From positions 1 to 64,000 of the forward strand of contig JBBQSO010000016.1 in NCBI GenBank assembly GCA_038213805.1: DNA of 64,000 bases. Direction: 5' to 3'. The position numbers and the translations under genes were made by a program. Positions 19,353-28,783 of this stretch are shown one piece after another. A model generated the notes under the pieces. It did no database searches and had not been told where the DNA came from. It saw only the letters and a program-made list of their open reading frames with translations. Position 1 is the stretch's first letter. The number at the start of each line of letters is the position of its first letter. This stretch comes from Planctomycetota bacterium (GTDB taxonomy: Bacteria > Planctomycetota > UBA11346).

Positions 19353-20973
19353 ACCTGAGACGGGTCCGGAGGTCCGGAAGTCCGGAAGTCCGGAAGTCGG
19401 AGAGAACGCATCCGCGGGCAAGCCGCGGAGCGGCGGGTTCATGGCACGGTTGTCGGGGCTGGGGGCGCGCACGGTGCTGTTCCTGGTGCTGATGGTGCTG
19501 GTGGTCGCGGCAGCGGACCGCAGCAAGCTGCAGGCGGACTGGAGCGCGGACCACCGCTTCTCGCTGTCGCCCAGCTTGGTGCGCATCCTGGGCGAGCAGA
19601 CGCAGCCGGTGGAGCTGGTCACCATCTGGCGCGGCGACTACGAGCAGGACCTGCAGCCGCTGTCCGACGCCCTGCGCCTGATGGCGCAGGTGAATCCGGT
19701 GGTGACGCTGCGCCACATCGACAGCCAGCTCGACAAGGGCGCGCTCGCCGACTTCAAGCGCCGCTTCCAGGATGCCGAGGAACCGGCGATCTACCTCGCC
19801 CCGGCCGCTGGCTCGCGCGCCTTCAAGATCGCGGTGACCACGGCCACCCGGCAGGTGCTGCAGCGCGAAGTCGGCGGCGGGCTGGTCGCGCTGCGCGACG
19901 AGCATCCGCCGCAAGCGGCGCTGCTCGCGGGCCACGGCGAGCTGCGCGCGGACGGCGGCGACGAGGACGGTGACGAGCTGCTGGTGCGCACCCTCGACCT
20001 TGCCGGCTTCCAGACCGGCCGCCTGGAGCTGGCGCGCGGCGCCACGCTGCCCGCGGACGCGCTGCTGATCATCGCCGGCGCGACCGCCGCGCTCGGCGCG
20101 CACGATATCGCCGCCGTCGAGGAGCACCTCAAGGATGGCGGCGCTGCCCTGGTACTGGGCGACGACCGTTTGCCGCAGGATCTCGCCGATCTGCTGCGTC
20201 GCCACGGCGTGCTGCTCGGTCCGGGCATCCCGCGCGGCCTCGACCCGACGCAGTGGCCAGCCTTCCTCGTCGCCGGCGCGCCGACGCGGCCTGCGCAGGT
20301 GCTGGCAAGCATGCACCACCACTTCGTCGGTCAGGATGCGGTGCTGCCGCACCACAACCTGCTCTTCGACGCGGCCGGCATGAATCCCACCCATCCGGTC
20401 ACGGCGCAGACCGCCGCGGGCGGCCGCAGCGTACTCAGCCCGTGGAGCACCATCCTCACCATCGTCGACCCCGCCGGCCTAGGCGACAGCGCCGCCGCCA
20501 ACAACCTGATCGCCGCCTACCTCGCCATCGGCACACCGCCGTTCACCGCGCAGCGCCTGCTCTCGACCTATCCCGGCGACGTCTGGGCAGCGCCGCGCAC
20601 CGACCCGCTGCAGCCACCCGCGCAGCTCGCCACGGCAAAGCCGTTCGATCTCGCCTGCGCCCTGTCCTACCACGCGGCCGCCACCAGCGTGCGCCAGGAC
20701 CGCCACACCCGCCTGGTGGTGTGGGCCAGCCGCCAAGCCGCCAGCGACGGGGTGTTGGGCCTTGGCACCTTCGCCAACGCCGCGCTGCTCGCCGACTGCT
20801 GCCGCTGGCTCGCCAACCGCGAGGCCGCCACGGACATTCCCGCCGCCGAGACCGCCGCCTTCCGCGTCGACTGCAGCGACAATGCCCTCACGTATCTGAC
20901 CGCCATCCTGGTCGCGATCATCCCCTGCCTGTTCATCGGCGGGGCGATCATCGCGTGGTGGGAGCGGCGCTGA
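19345..20973 (+). CDS. GldG-like ABC auxiliary protein
   Basis: DWSADHRFSLS and LAGHGE motifs, N- and C-terminal TM segments ending WWERR; start is either 19345 (overlaps upstream stop) or 19441. Confidence 0.82.
   Translation: MGEPETGPEVRKSGSPEVGENASAGKPRSGGFMARLSGLGARTVLFLVLMVLVVAAADRSKLQADWSADHRFSLSPSLVRILGEQTQPVELVTIWRGDYEQDLQPLSDALRLMAQVNPVVTLRHIDSQLDKGALADFKRRFQDAEEPAIYLAPAAGSRAFKIAVTTATRQVLQREVGGGLVALRDEHPPQAALLAGHGELRADGGDEDGDELLVRTLDLAGFQTGRLELARGATLPADALLIIAGATAALGAHDIAAVEEHLKDGGAALVLGDDRLPQDLADLLRRHGVLLGPGIPRGLDPTQWPAFLVAGAPTRPAQVLASMHHHFVGQDAVLPHHNLLFDAAGMNPTHPVTAQTAAGGRSVLSPWSTILTIVDPAGLGDSAAANNLIAAYLAIGTPPFTAQRLLSTYPGDVWAAPRTDPLQPPAQLATAKPFDLACALSYHAAATSVRQDRHTRLVVWASRQAASDGVLGLGTFANAALLADCCRWLANREAATDIPAAETAAFRVDCSDNALTYLTAILVAIIPCLFIGGAIIAWWERR
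19363..19402. repeat. 8-bp tandem repeat (RGTCCGGA x4-5)
   Basis: ggtccgga ggtccgga agtccgga agtccgga agtcggag; same family as 9825-9880. Confidence 0.85.
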
Positions 20974-20998
20974 GGCCTGGAGAAGTTTGCAAGTGGCA

Positions 20999-21234
20999 GA
21001 TGGCTGATGGCTGATGGCTGATGGCTGATGGCTGATGGCTGATGGCTGATGGCTGATGGCTGATGGCCTCCGGTCCAGGTGGAGGGTCCCGTAATCAGGG
21101 ACCTCTATCAGAATCCCACCTGCGACCACCGCATACAAGCCGCCAGCCGCCAGCCGTCAGCGGCCCGCTGGCCGCCAGGCCAGCGCAGGCAGGGCATGAC
21201 CCACGTCCATCACCCATCAGCCATCAGCCATCAC
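20999..21234. repeat. Inverted heptamer-repeat element: (GATGGCT)x9-10 ... (CCATCAG/C)x4
   Basis: 9 perfect GATGGCT units at 20999-21061; reverse-complement units at 21207-21234; related (AGCCGCC) units near 21138-21161. Confidence 0.92.
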
Positions 21235-21293
21235 CATGCGGCAAGCCGTGCCCTCCATCGCACCGTGACGAGATCGATCCCGGGCCTCGGGTT

Positions 21294-21542
21294 TCACCTC
21301 CCTCCACGCTTCCGCTCCTCCTCCCGCGCGCGTTTCCTATCCCGCCCGCGCATCCAGAAGAACAGCGACACCCCCACCACTAGGACCAGCAGGGGCGCCA
21401 CCAGGATCGCCGCCTTGCCGAGATAGCGCACCAGCAGCGAGACCGCCATCAGCACCAGCACAAAGCCCGCGATGCGCGCGACACGGCTGCCGAGGTAGTG
21501 GCCGACGTGCACGGTGAGCCGCCAGCGGTCGCGCAGCTTCAT
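21294..21542 (-). CDS. Small two-TM membrane protein
   Basis: MKLRDRWRL..., two hydrophobic helices and a basic tail. Confidence 0.6.
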   Translation of the reverse strand: MKLRDRWRLTVHVGHYLGSRVARIAGFVLVLMAVSLLVRYLGKAAILVAPLLVLVVGVSLFFWMRGRDRKRAREEERKRGGR

Positions 21543-21677
21543 GAAATAACTAACCTGCTCGCCGTCGCATCCCGCAGACGATTCCGGTGCTCCATGCATG
21601 TGATCTAGCGATGGGGCCGACGAAACCAATCGACCAAGCCACACAGCCTCGGACAATTGAGTCGTCGAGACGATCCC

Positions 21678-23147
21678 TCAGGGCGCAGCGACGACATCGA
21701 TGACCACCTCATTGGCCACCGCAACGCCGGCGTGATAACTCAGGCGATGCCGACCGGGTTTGATCGCGGCCGCGGCCAGGGTACAGACCTCGACCCAGGT
21801 GCCGTGCTGGCGGATCGTGAAGCACCCATCAAAAGCAGCACCAGTATCCGGATGGTCGACGCCATCGATGACGAAAGCGCTGTCGCCACAGCCCTGCATG
21901 AACCGCATGGCATCAGCTTCGCGCCCGCCAAGATTTTCGATCAGCAACGCGATGCGACAACCCTTCCCGGACACCGTCCGCGCGTACGGCAGCAGGAGGA
22001 GTCGCACGCCGGCGGTGGGCTGACCCCATGACGCGGTCAGGCGCAGCAGGGCGATCTCCGGTCGCTCCCCTCCAAGCCAATGCTTATCCCACATCAAGAT
22101 ATCGGCATCAGGGTGGGCGCTTCTGCAGATCCGCGCCACCGCCGGCACGGCCGGGGCATAGCGCAGGCTCGCAAGAACCTTAGCGTACCGCGCCTGGAGG
22201 TACGGATCCTCGGTCTTTTCCAGCATCCTGAGCACTGCGGGGGCGGCGGGCTGGTAGGCAATGCGCTCAAGGGCCTGAACCACGCTTTCCCGAGTCTCGG
22301 AATCCTGCAGGTGGGCGAAGTCGTCGAGTAGGACCGGTCCGCATTCTGGCGTCGCGATCTGCGCCAAACCCCACGCCACCTCGCGTTGCCTTACTATGCC
22401 GTCCTGGGTGAGTTCCATGAGACCTAGAGTTGGTAGGAGCGCGGCGACCGCCGCGTCTCCACCGTGGTGCGCGAGAATGCTGATCGCGGCGGTCGCCGCC
22501 TGAAGGTCCTCATCACGCACCGTCTGGGTGAAGACCGTGACCGCCGGAATGTCAAGCGCGGCGAAGGAAGTGATGGCGGCACCGCGGCCGACAGCAGTCG
22601 TGACCTGGCGTGCACAGAGCTCGCTCGCATGGCGATCTGCCGCAGCGGCGCTGGCCGGGGTTGCGAATGGAGGCGCCTCCTGCGGCACGTGCGCTGCCAA
22701 CACCCTTCCGCCCTCGCCAGGGAGCCCATCGAGCAGCTCACGCACATGCGATGGGCGCTCCTCGGCGCGCATGGCGATCAACACCCCATCACGGCGCATC
22801 AGGTCGAAGGGCACCGCGACTGCCTGAAAGCCGACCCAATCCGCCGGTAGCACCCACAGGTCGCGCACCGGAGGCACCGACATTATGCGCAGGTGTACCC
22901 CGCCCCGGAGAGCCTGCCACGTCGCCGGTATCCCATCGTCGGCCACCACGGTCTGGGACCATGGCCGCCCGCTGAGGCGGGCGACAAATGCCTCGACCGC
23001 CGGCCCCGCACCCGTGCCGGCTCCATCGCCCTGAGCCATGGCCGCCTCCGCGGCGCCAACCGAGCCCAGTGCTGCCCTTGTCAAGAGCGCTATGGACCAC
23101 AGCGGGATGAACCGGACGGCAGCTCGTGGCGCTAAGTCGGACCTCAT
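21678..23147 (-). CDS. Secreted HEAT-repeat-like protein
   Basis: Signal-like N-terminus; helical repeats (REVAWGLAQI, ESVVQALERI, YAKVLASL..PAVPAV); start uncertain. Confidence 0.65.
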   Translation of the reverse strand: MRSDLAPRAAVRFIPLWSIALLTRAALGSVGAAEAAMAQGDGAGTGAGPAVEAFVARLSGRPWSQTVVADDGIPATWQALRGGVHLRIMSVPPVRDLWVLPADWVGFQAVAVPFDLMRRDGVLIAMRAEERPSHVRELLDGLPGEGGRVLAAHVPQEAPPFATPASAAAADRHASELCARQVTTAVGRGAAITSFAALDIPAVTVFTQTVRDEDLQAATAAISILAHHGGDAAVAALLPTLGLMELTQDGIVRQREVAWGLAQIATPECGPVLLDDFAHLQDSETRESVVQALERIAYQPAAPAVLRMLEKTEDPYLQARYAKVLASLRYAPAVPAVARICRSAHPDADILMWDKHWLGGERPEIALLRLTASWGQPTAGVRLLLLPYARTVSGKGCRIALLIENLGGREADAMRFMQGCGDSAFVIDGVDHPDTGAAFDGCFTIRQHGTWVEVCTLAAAAIKPGRHRLSYHAGVAVANEVVIDVVAAP

Positions 23148-23406
23148 TGGCACAGGTGAACGATGCTAGAACCGTGAAGTTCGCCACCAACTGCGTTCCG
23201 GCGTCTCAACCCGCATACCAAAAACCTGGAATCAAAGACCGCTGCCCTCTGTTCTCGCCTCTCCCTCGCGCGCCTCGCCGCCCCCGCCCCCACCCCCACC
23301 CTCGCAGGTAGACTGCCCGCCCCTCCCCCCTATCGTGCGCCCTCCTTTCCGCCTCCCCGCCCCGGGCCGTACAGGTCCGTGGGCTGCCCCGCCGCTGGAG
23401 CCCCGC

Positions 23407-24066
23407 ATGCGCCTGCCCGCCCTCTACCTGACCTCGATCATCTGCGGTTTCTGCATGATGGCCCTGGAGATCCTCGGCGGGCGTTTCATCCAGCCGATCT
23501 TCGGTTCGTCGATCGACGTGTGGGCGGCGATCATCTCGGTGTTCATCCTGTCGCTGTCGATCGGCTACGTGATCGGCGGACGCATTGCCGACCGCGCGCG
23601 CACTAATCAGCCGCTCGGCTGGCTGATCATCGGCGCCGGCATCTTCTACTGCCTGATGCCGTGGTACGGAACGCCCTTCATGGAGGCGCTCGGCGAGAGC
23701 GTGCACACCGCGCGCTGGGGCGTGCTGCTCGCGGCCCTGGTGCTGTACCTGCCGCCCTCGCTGCTGCTCGGCACGGTCTCGCCGATCCTGGTCAAGCTGG
23801 TGTTCACCGGCGCCGACAAGGTCGGCAGCACCACCGGCACGCTCTACGCCGTCGGCTCGATCGGCAACGTGCTCGGCATCCTGGTCGCTGACTACGTGCT
23901 GCTGAAGTACGTCGGACTCAACGCCAACATCTTCTCGATGGGCGTGATCCTCGGCGTGCTCGGCGTCGCCCACCTGCTGATCACCATCGCCGCCACCTCG
24001 CCCGCGGCAGCCGCGGCCAGCCAGGCACCGGCCGCAGCCACAGCCGTGCCCGGAACCACGGTATGA
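23407..24066 (+). CDS. Membrane (MFS-like) half of a fused MFS/spermidine-synthase family protein
   Basis: GFCMMALEILGGR..PIFGSS..VW, LSIGYVIGGRIADR and GTLYAVGSIG motifs; GGAG RBS. Confidence 0.85.
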   Translation: MRLPALYLTSIICGFCMMALEILGGRFIQPIFGSSIDVWAAIISVFILSLSIGYVIGGRIADRARTNQPLGWLIIGAGIFYCLMPWYGTPFMEALGESVHTARWGVLLAALVLYLPPSLLLGTVSPILVKLVFTGADKVGSTTGTLYAVGSIGNVLGILVADYVLLKYVGLNANIFSMGVILGVLGVAHLLITIAATSPAAAAASQAPAAATAVPGTTV

Positions 24067-25649
24067 AGTCTGCGCTGTTCGGCATCGCCGCGATGGTCGC
24101 CGCCGCGGTCACCGGTTACACCCTGCAGGATGAGCCCTACCGTCTGCGCGCCGCCTTCCAGGCCGCCGACCAGGCCGCCCTCGACCACCGCGACAGTCCG
24201 TACTCGAACATCACCTGGGTGGCGAGCGCTGACGAGAATTATCTGCAGCTGCGCTTCTTCGACCGGGTCGAGGGCGGCGTCTGCTTGCACCCGTCGTGGG
24301 GCGAGCTGATCGCGCTGGCCGGCAAGGATCCGCACCTGGCCCACCTGGTGCCCAAGCCCGAAGAGCTGCCGAAGCTGCCCGCCGGCCCGATGTGGCCGTA
24401 CAGTTGGCTGCCCGACCCGGGCACGGTCAGCAACTCCGCCTACGTGCGCCTGTTCCCCGCGGGCGTGCTGCTCAACCAGAAGGTGATGGCCGCGGCGGGC
24501 GGCGACTGGCGCGCCGCCGCGCCGCGCGTGATGGTCATCGGCCTGGGCTCGGGCATCGGCATCGCCACCCTCGCCCACCACTTCCCCAAGGCCGCCATCA
24601 CCGTCGTCGACATCGACCAGGCGGTCATCGACATGGTCAGGGACCACTACCCGCTGATGCGCTGGCTGACCACGCAAAAGCTGGCCGACGGTACCCCGCG
24701 CCTGCGCTTCGTCGCGCGCGACGCCCGCCAGTACCTGCAGTACGATGCGACCCGCGAGAAGCCCTACGACCTGATCGTGCTCGACGCCTACACCTCGGGA
24801 TCGACCATCCCGCCGCACCTGATGACGCGCGAGTTCTTCGCCCAGTGCGCCGCCGTGCTCGACGAATCCGGCATGGTCCTGGCGAACGTCATCGGCAGCT
24901 ACGAGCGCGACCCGCAGTCACCCGGAGACAAGCGTCTGGTCACCGGCGGCGCCGTGCGCACCTTCCGCGCCGCCGGCCTGGCCAGCGTGTGGAACTTCCC
25001 GATCCTGTCGAGCAACGAGAGCCCCGGCAGCTTCAACGACACGCGCCAGCGCAACAACATCGTCATCGCCAGCCGCCGGAAGCTTAGCCCGCATGACAAC
25101 GTGGGCGGCTGGGAGCGCCTGCGCGGCTTCACGCTTTATCCCGAGCTGCCGCTCGGCACCTGGATGACGGACAGCTACATCCTGATCGATTCCGAGCATT
25201 CGCGCTACGCCAGCGCCTGGGTGCCGGCCAGCGTGCTCGGCGCCACCGACGCCAAGCTGCGTGCGCGCATGGAGCCCGAGAAGAACGCCCCCGACGCCAT
25301 GACCGCCCCGCGTTCCTGGCGCAGCAGCGACCGCGAGCTCATGGACCAGGTCTACACCGCCGTGGCGCAGACCTACCTCGGGCAGCACCTGCCCCTGCCA
25401 AAGGGCTGGGACGACCGCGGCAGCGCCAACGCCCTCGAACGCCGTGAATCCGACTGGGTGGCCTTCGCCCGCGAGACCTTCCGCGTCAGCGTGGCCACCG
25501 CCAAGGACAGCAACAAGCACAGCGGCGAGGCCCTGACCGGCGACCTGCCCGAAGGCCCCGAACGCGACGCCATGGTCCCCAACTGGATCATTCCGGACGC
25601 GCCGCTGTTCACGGACCAGATGCCGAACGCGGACATCTACAACAACTGA
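24063..25649 (+). CDS. Spermidine-synthase-like SAM-binding protein
   Basis: SPYSNI, VMVIGLGSG, VVDID, DARQYL, YDLIVLDAY and PPHLMTREFF motifs; ATGA overlap with the upstream gene. Confidence 0.85.
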   Translation: MKSALFGIAAMVAAAVTGYTLQDEPYRLRAAFQAADQAALDHRDSPYSNITWVASADENYLQLRFFDRVEGGVCLHPSWGELIALAGKDPHLAHLVPKPEELPKLPAGPMWPYSWLPDPGTVSNSAYVRLFPAGVLLNQKVMAAAGGDWRAAAPRVMVIGLGSGIGIATLAHHFPKAAITVVDIDQAVIDMVRDHYPLMRWLTTQKLADGTPRLRFVARDARQYLQYDATREKPYDLIVLDAYTSGSTIPPHLMTREFFAQCAAVLDESGMVLANVIGSYERDPQSPGDKRLVTGGAVRTFRAAGLASVWNFPILSSNESPGSFNDTRQRNNIVIASRRKLSPHDNVGGWERLRGFTLYPELPLGTWMTDSYILIDSEHSRYASAWVPASVLGATDAKLRARMEPEKNAPDAMTAPRSWRSSDRELMDQVYTAVAQTYLGQHLPLPKGWDDRGSANALERRESDWVAFARETFRVSVATAKDSNKHSGEALTGDLPEGPERDAMVPNWIIPDAPLFTDQMPNADIYNN

Positions 25650-25688
25650 GACGCTTGCCGATCGACGACGGATGGAGAGACCGCAGAC

Positions 25689-25825
25689 GATCGAACAGGA
25701 GGCGCGGAGCGGCGGAGGTCGGATGAGGACGGCCTGGGGCGGGATGTCCAGGCTGCTGGGGTCCGGCGTGGCCCACCCGATCTCCCCTCCTCCGACCTCT
25801 GTGGCTCCGCGCCTCCTGTTCGATC
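25689..25825. repeat. MITE/REP-like element with ~40-bp imperfect terminal inverted repeats
   Basis: GATCGAACAGGAGGCGCGGAGC... / ...GCTCCGCGCCTCCTGTTCGATC; same core as 5092-5411. Confidence 0.85.
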
Positions 25826-25844
25826 CGGCTGTCCGCTCGACCCG

Positions 25845-26513
25845 TCAGAACCGGTAGCCGACCGACAACGCGCCGCCGAAGGTGGTGAAGCGGTTGCTCG
25901 CCTCATAGCTGCCGCCGGTGCCGTCGAAGCGGTTCGAGAAGTTGATGTAGTGACGGATGAGGGAGACGTTGAGGCCGATCTCGAGGTGCTCGAGCACCGC
26001 GGCGTAGGCGCCGATCGCGCCGCCGGCGGCCAGGTAGGCGCCCTTGCCACGCGCTTCAAAGGTACCATTGGTGCCGACATCAAGGTCTTCTTTGCTGGCT
26101 CGGCCAAGGTTGACCAGCGGGCCCGCTTCAAGATGCAGCCAATCGGTGATCGGGAAGGCCAAGCCGACCTCAAGGGTCACCGAGTAGATGGTGGTCTTGA
26201 GATCGGTGCCGCTCGCGCTGTCGGAAGCGGTGATGTAGTTGCCGGCCACCGCCAGCATCAGTCCGGGTCCGTCGCGCAGGTCGGCAAGGGTGTAGCCGAG
26301 CGAGACACCCTTGAACTTCTTGCTGCCCACATGGTCGGCGGAATCGCCGGCGGCCCGCGTCGAGGTCAAACCCGGGGTGTAAACGTACTCCGTGGACGCG
26401 TTCTTCTCGCTCTCCGACACCACGCTCAGGCGCAGGTCGCGGACCAGGCCCTCAACGCCGGGAGCGGCACCCATGGCGACGACGAGCAGGGTAGCGGTGA
26501 CGATGGCTTTCAT
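25845..26513 (-). CDS. Putative outer-membrane beta-barrel protein
   Basis: Signal peptide, alternating beta-strand pattern, C-terminal LSVGYRF beta-signal. Confidence 0.75.
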   Translation of the reverse strand: MKAIVTATLLVVAMGAAPGVEGLVRDLRLSVVSESEKNASTEYVYTPGLTSTRAAGDSADHVGSKKFKGVSLGYTLADLRDGPGLMLAVAGNYITASDSASGTDLKTTIYSVTLEVGLAFPITDWLHLEAGPLVNLGRASKEDLDVGTNGTFEARGKGAYLAAGGAIGAYAAVLEHLEIGLNVSLIRHYINFSNRFDGTGGSYEASNRFTTFGGALSVGYRF

Positions 26514-26717
26514 GGCGGGATTCCTGGGGCGTTCGGCCACGGCGGGTCGCGCGGCGGGTCAAGGGCGACGAGGGCGAAGGGTGCTCCTAACCGTATCCGC
26601 GCGGCAGAGCCAGCATCATCTGACCCGCGCGTCGAAAAGCGATGCGGACACCCGCCCGTGCCGCAGCCCCAGTCCCCCGACGTTGACCCGGCACCGCCCG
26701 GCGCCTAACTGGCTGGC

Positions 26718-27617
26718 ATGGCCACCGTCCTGACCATCACCGCCAATCCCCTGCTCGACCACCTCGCTGAGGCGCGTCTCGAACTGGGCAAGGTCACCCG
26801 CGTGTCGCGTTTCACGCCGGTCCCGGGCGGCAAAGGGCTGAACGTCGCGCGCGTCCTGGCGCGGCACGGCCACCGCGTGGTGGCGGCGGGCTTCGCCGGC
26901 GGCCCGGGCGGCGCCCTGATCGCCGACCTGATCGCCGCCGACGGCGTCGAACCCTGCCTGACTGCGACCGCGGCGCGCACGCGCATCGGCTTCCAGGTCA
27001 GCGCCCCGCAGCGCGGCACCACCGCCTTGCTTGAAGACGGCGTGCCGATCAGCGCCGAGGAGTGCGGCGCCCTGCTGCGCCAGGTGCGCAGCCTGCTGCC
27101 CGGCACCGCGCTGGTGGTGATCGGCGGCTCGGTGCCCGACGCCAGCACCTGCAGCGGACTCTACCGCCAGATCCTTGACGCCTGCGCCACCGCCAACGTG
27201 CCGTGCTGGGTCGACGCCTACGGCCCAGCCATGGACGAGGCCCTCGCCGGCGCTCATCCCCCGCTGCTCGCCAAACCCAACCGCCAGGAATACGGCAAGG
27301 GCCGCAAATGGCTCGCCTGCCGTGAACTGCACCTGACCGATGGCGGCGCAGAGGTCAAAGTGCGCCACCCCGATGGCCGCTACCGCGTCATCCCGCCGAC
27401 GGTGGTCGAGCTCAACCCGGTGGGCAGCGGCGATTGCTACATCGCCGGCCTGGCCCACGCGCGCCTGAGCGGCGCCGCGCTGCCCGACCAACTGCGCTAC
27501 GCCGCAGCAGCCGGCGCGGCGAACGCCGCGCGCGCCGACGTGGCGCGCATCGGTCCACACGACATCGAACCGTTGCTGGACGGCGTCGAACTCATCCCCC
27601 TCGGCGAACAGCCATGA
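26718..27617 (+). CDS. PfkB-family hexose-phosphate kinase (1-phosphofructokinase-like)
   Basis: TITANPLLD, GGKGLNVAR, KPNRQE and NPVGSGD motifs. Confidence 0.9.
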   Translation: MATVLTITANPLLDHLAEARLELGKVTRVSRFTPVPGGKGLNVARVLARHGHRVVAAGFAGGPGGALIADLIAADGVEPCLTATAARTRIGFQVSAPQRGTTALLEDGVPISAEECGALLRQVRSLLPGTALVVIGGSVPDASTCSGLYRQILDACATANVPCWVDAYGPAMDEALAGAHPPLLAKPNRQEYGKGRKWLACRELHLTDGGAEVKVRHPDGRYRVIPPTVVELNPVGSGDCYIAGLAHARLSGAALPDQLRYAAAAGAANAARADVARIGPHDIEPLLDGVELIPLGEQP

Positions 27618-28021
27618 GCATGCTCAAGCCCTGCTACCTGTCGCAAATCCTGATCGACGAGCAGGCCGACCAGCAGGTCATCTTCGTCACCGAGCAGGGC
27701 GGCACGCGGCGCATCCCGATCGTCATCGGCCCGCTCGAAGCGATGGCCATCGACCGCGCGGTGAAGGGTCAGCGCTTCGAGCGTCCGCTGACCCACGACC
27801 TGTTCGTGTCGCTGATGACCGCCACCCGCCACAAATGCCGCGAGGTGCGCATCGTCGACCTCAAAGCTGGCACTTTCTTCGCCCAGCTGGTGCTGATCGG
27901 CGACGATGGCCGCGAGATCGCCCTCGACTGCCGGCCCTCGGACGCCATCGCGCTGATGGTACGGCTGCCGGACACGGCGCTGCTGGTGGCGGAGGATGTG
28001 CTGGCGGAGGCGGGGAGCTGA
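27614..28021 (+). CDS. Bifunctional nuclease family protein (DUF151)
   Basis: IPIVIGPLEAMAI, RPLTHDL and DCRPSDAIAL motifs. Confidence 0.93.
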   Translation: MSMLKPCYLSQILIDEQADQQVIFVTEQGGTRRIPIVIGPLEAMAIDRAVKGQRFERPLTHDLFVSLMTATRHKCREVRIVDLKAGTFFAQLVLIGDDGREIALDCRPSDAIALMVRLPDTALLVAEDVLAEAGS

Positions 28022-28064
28022 GCGCCGGTATGCCGCGAAGTGCGAGTCTTTAGCCTGCGCGAGG

Positions 28065-28373
28065 CTAGTCCCTGATCAGTTCCACGGTCTGGCATCTCCA
28101 CACGCCAAGACCTTCGATGACTGTTCCATGGGTCATACCCGCGGCGTCCGGGGGCTTCCCGTCCTGGTGGCACGCCGTCTCCCACAACACGAAGATCTGC
28201 AGGTGCGGTCCGATGCTCGGATGGCCATGCATGGTGACGATGACATGCGCACCAGGCGGGAGATGCTCGTTCAACGTCCGCGTGAGGCACCGTTTCTCCC
28301 AGGCGATCCTGCCCCACACCACGGCCGTCAGTGCGAGGAGGACCGCCGTGATGGTGATGAGCACGACCTTCAT
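28065..28373 (-). CDS. Hypothetical small membrane-anchored protein
   Basis: MKVVLITITAVLLALTAVVW signal/anchor; GAGGGG upstream. Confidence 0.5.
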   Translation of the reverse strand: MKVVLITITAVLLALTAVVWGRIAWEKRCLTRTLNEHLPPGAHVIVTMHGHPSIGPHLQIFVLWETACHQDGKPPDAAGMTHGTVIEGLGVWRCQTVELIRD

Positions 28374-28428
28374 GGATCCCCTCGCATGTAGCGCTGCGCG
28401 CACGACCGCTCGCCCTGATTGCCGCGCG

Positions 28429-28758
28429 TCACCAGGTCTTGAAGGACCGGCTTACCAGCTCGACGAGGACCTGCGCGTTCGCGTTCCTGCGCACAGTCCG
28501 CCGATCCGTCACGATTCGGTCGAGCTTCATGAGCGGATAGAAGACCAGGCAGGCGCGGTCGTCCGCCGCGACCACGGTGGCAATGGTGGGCCCGCGGGAA
28601 TGGAGATCGTCGGTGGCGGACGTCCTGCCGTCCGCCCACACGAATAGGACTTCTCCCGCATCGATGCGGTAGACAGCGTACGCGATAACGTAGACCATCG
28701 CCAAGGCGAATGCGATGGTCGAGAGCAGGTAGGTGCGCGAAAACCTGGTGGTGGCCAT
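28429..28758 (-). CDS. Hypothetical small membrane protein
   Basis: N-terminal TM (LLSTIAFALAMVYVIAYAVY); VFYPLMKLDR segment. Confidence 0.55.
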   Translation of the reverse strand: MATTRFSRTYLLSTIAFALAMVYVIAYAVYRIDAGEVLFVWADGRTSATDDLHSRGPTIATVVAADDRACLVFYPLMKLDRIVTDRRTVRRNANAQVLVELVSRSFKTW

Positions 28759-28783
28759 GCGGGGCTCACGACGTGCCGGCTGT

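Noticed and set aside
18627..20973. Gliding-motility function for the GldF/GldG-like pair
   Set aside because: These families are widespread in non-gliding bacteria and no T9SS/gld context is present.
28021..28783. Integron-like cassettes for the small orphan ORFs
   Set aside because: No attC-like RYYYAAC...GTTRRRY sites were recognised between the ORFs.
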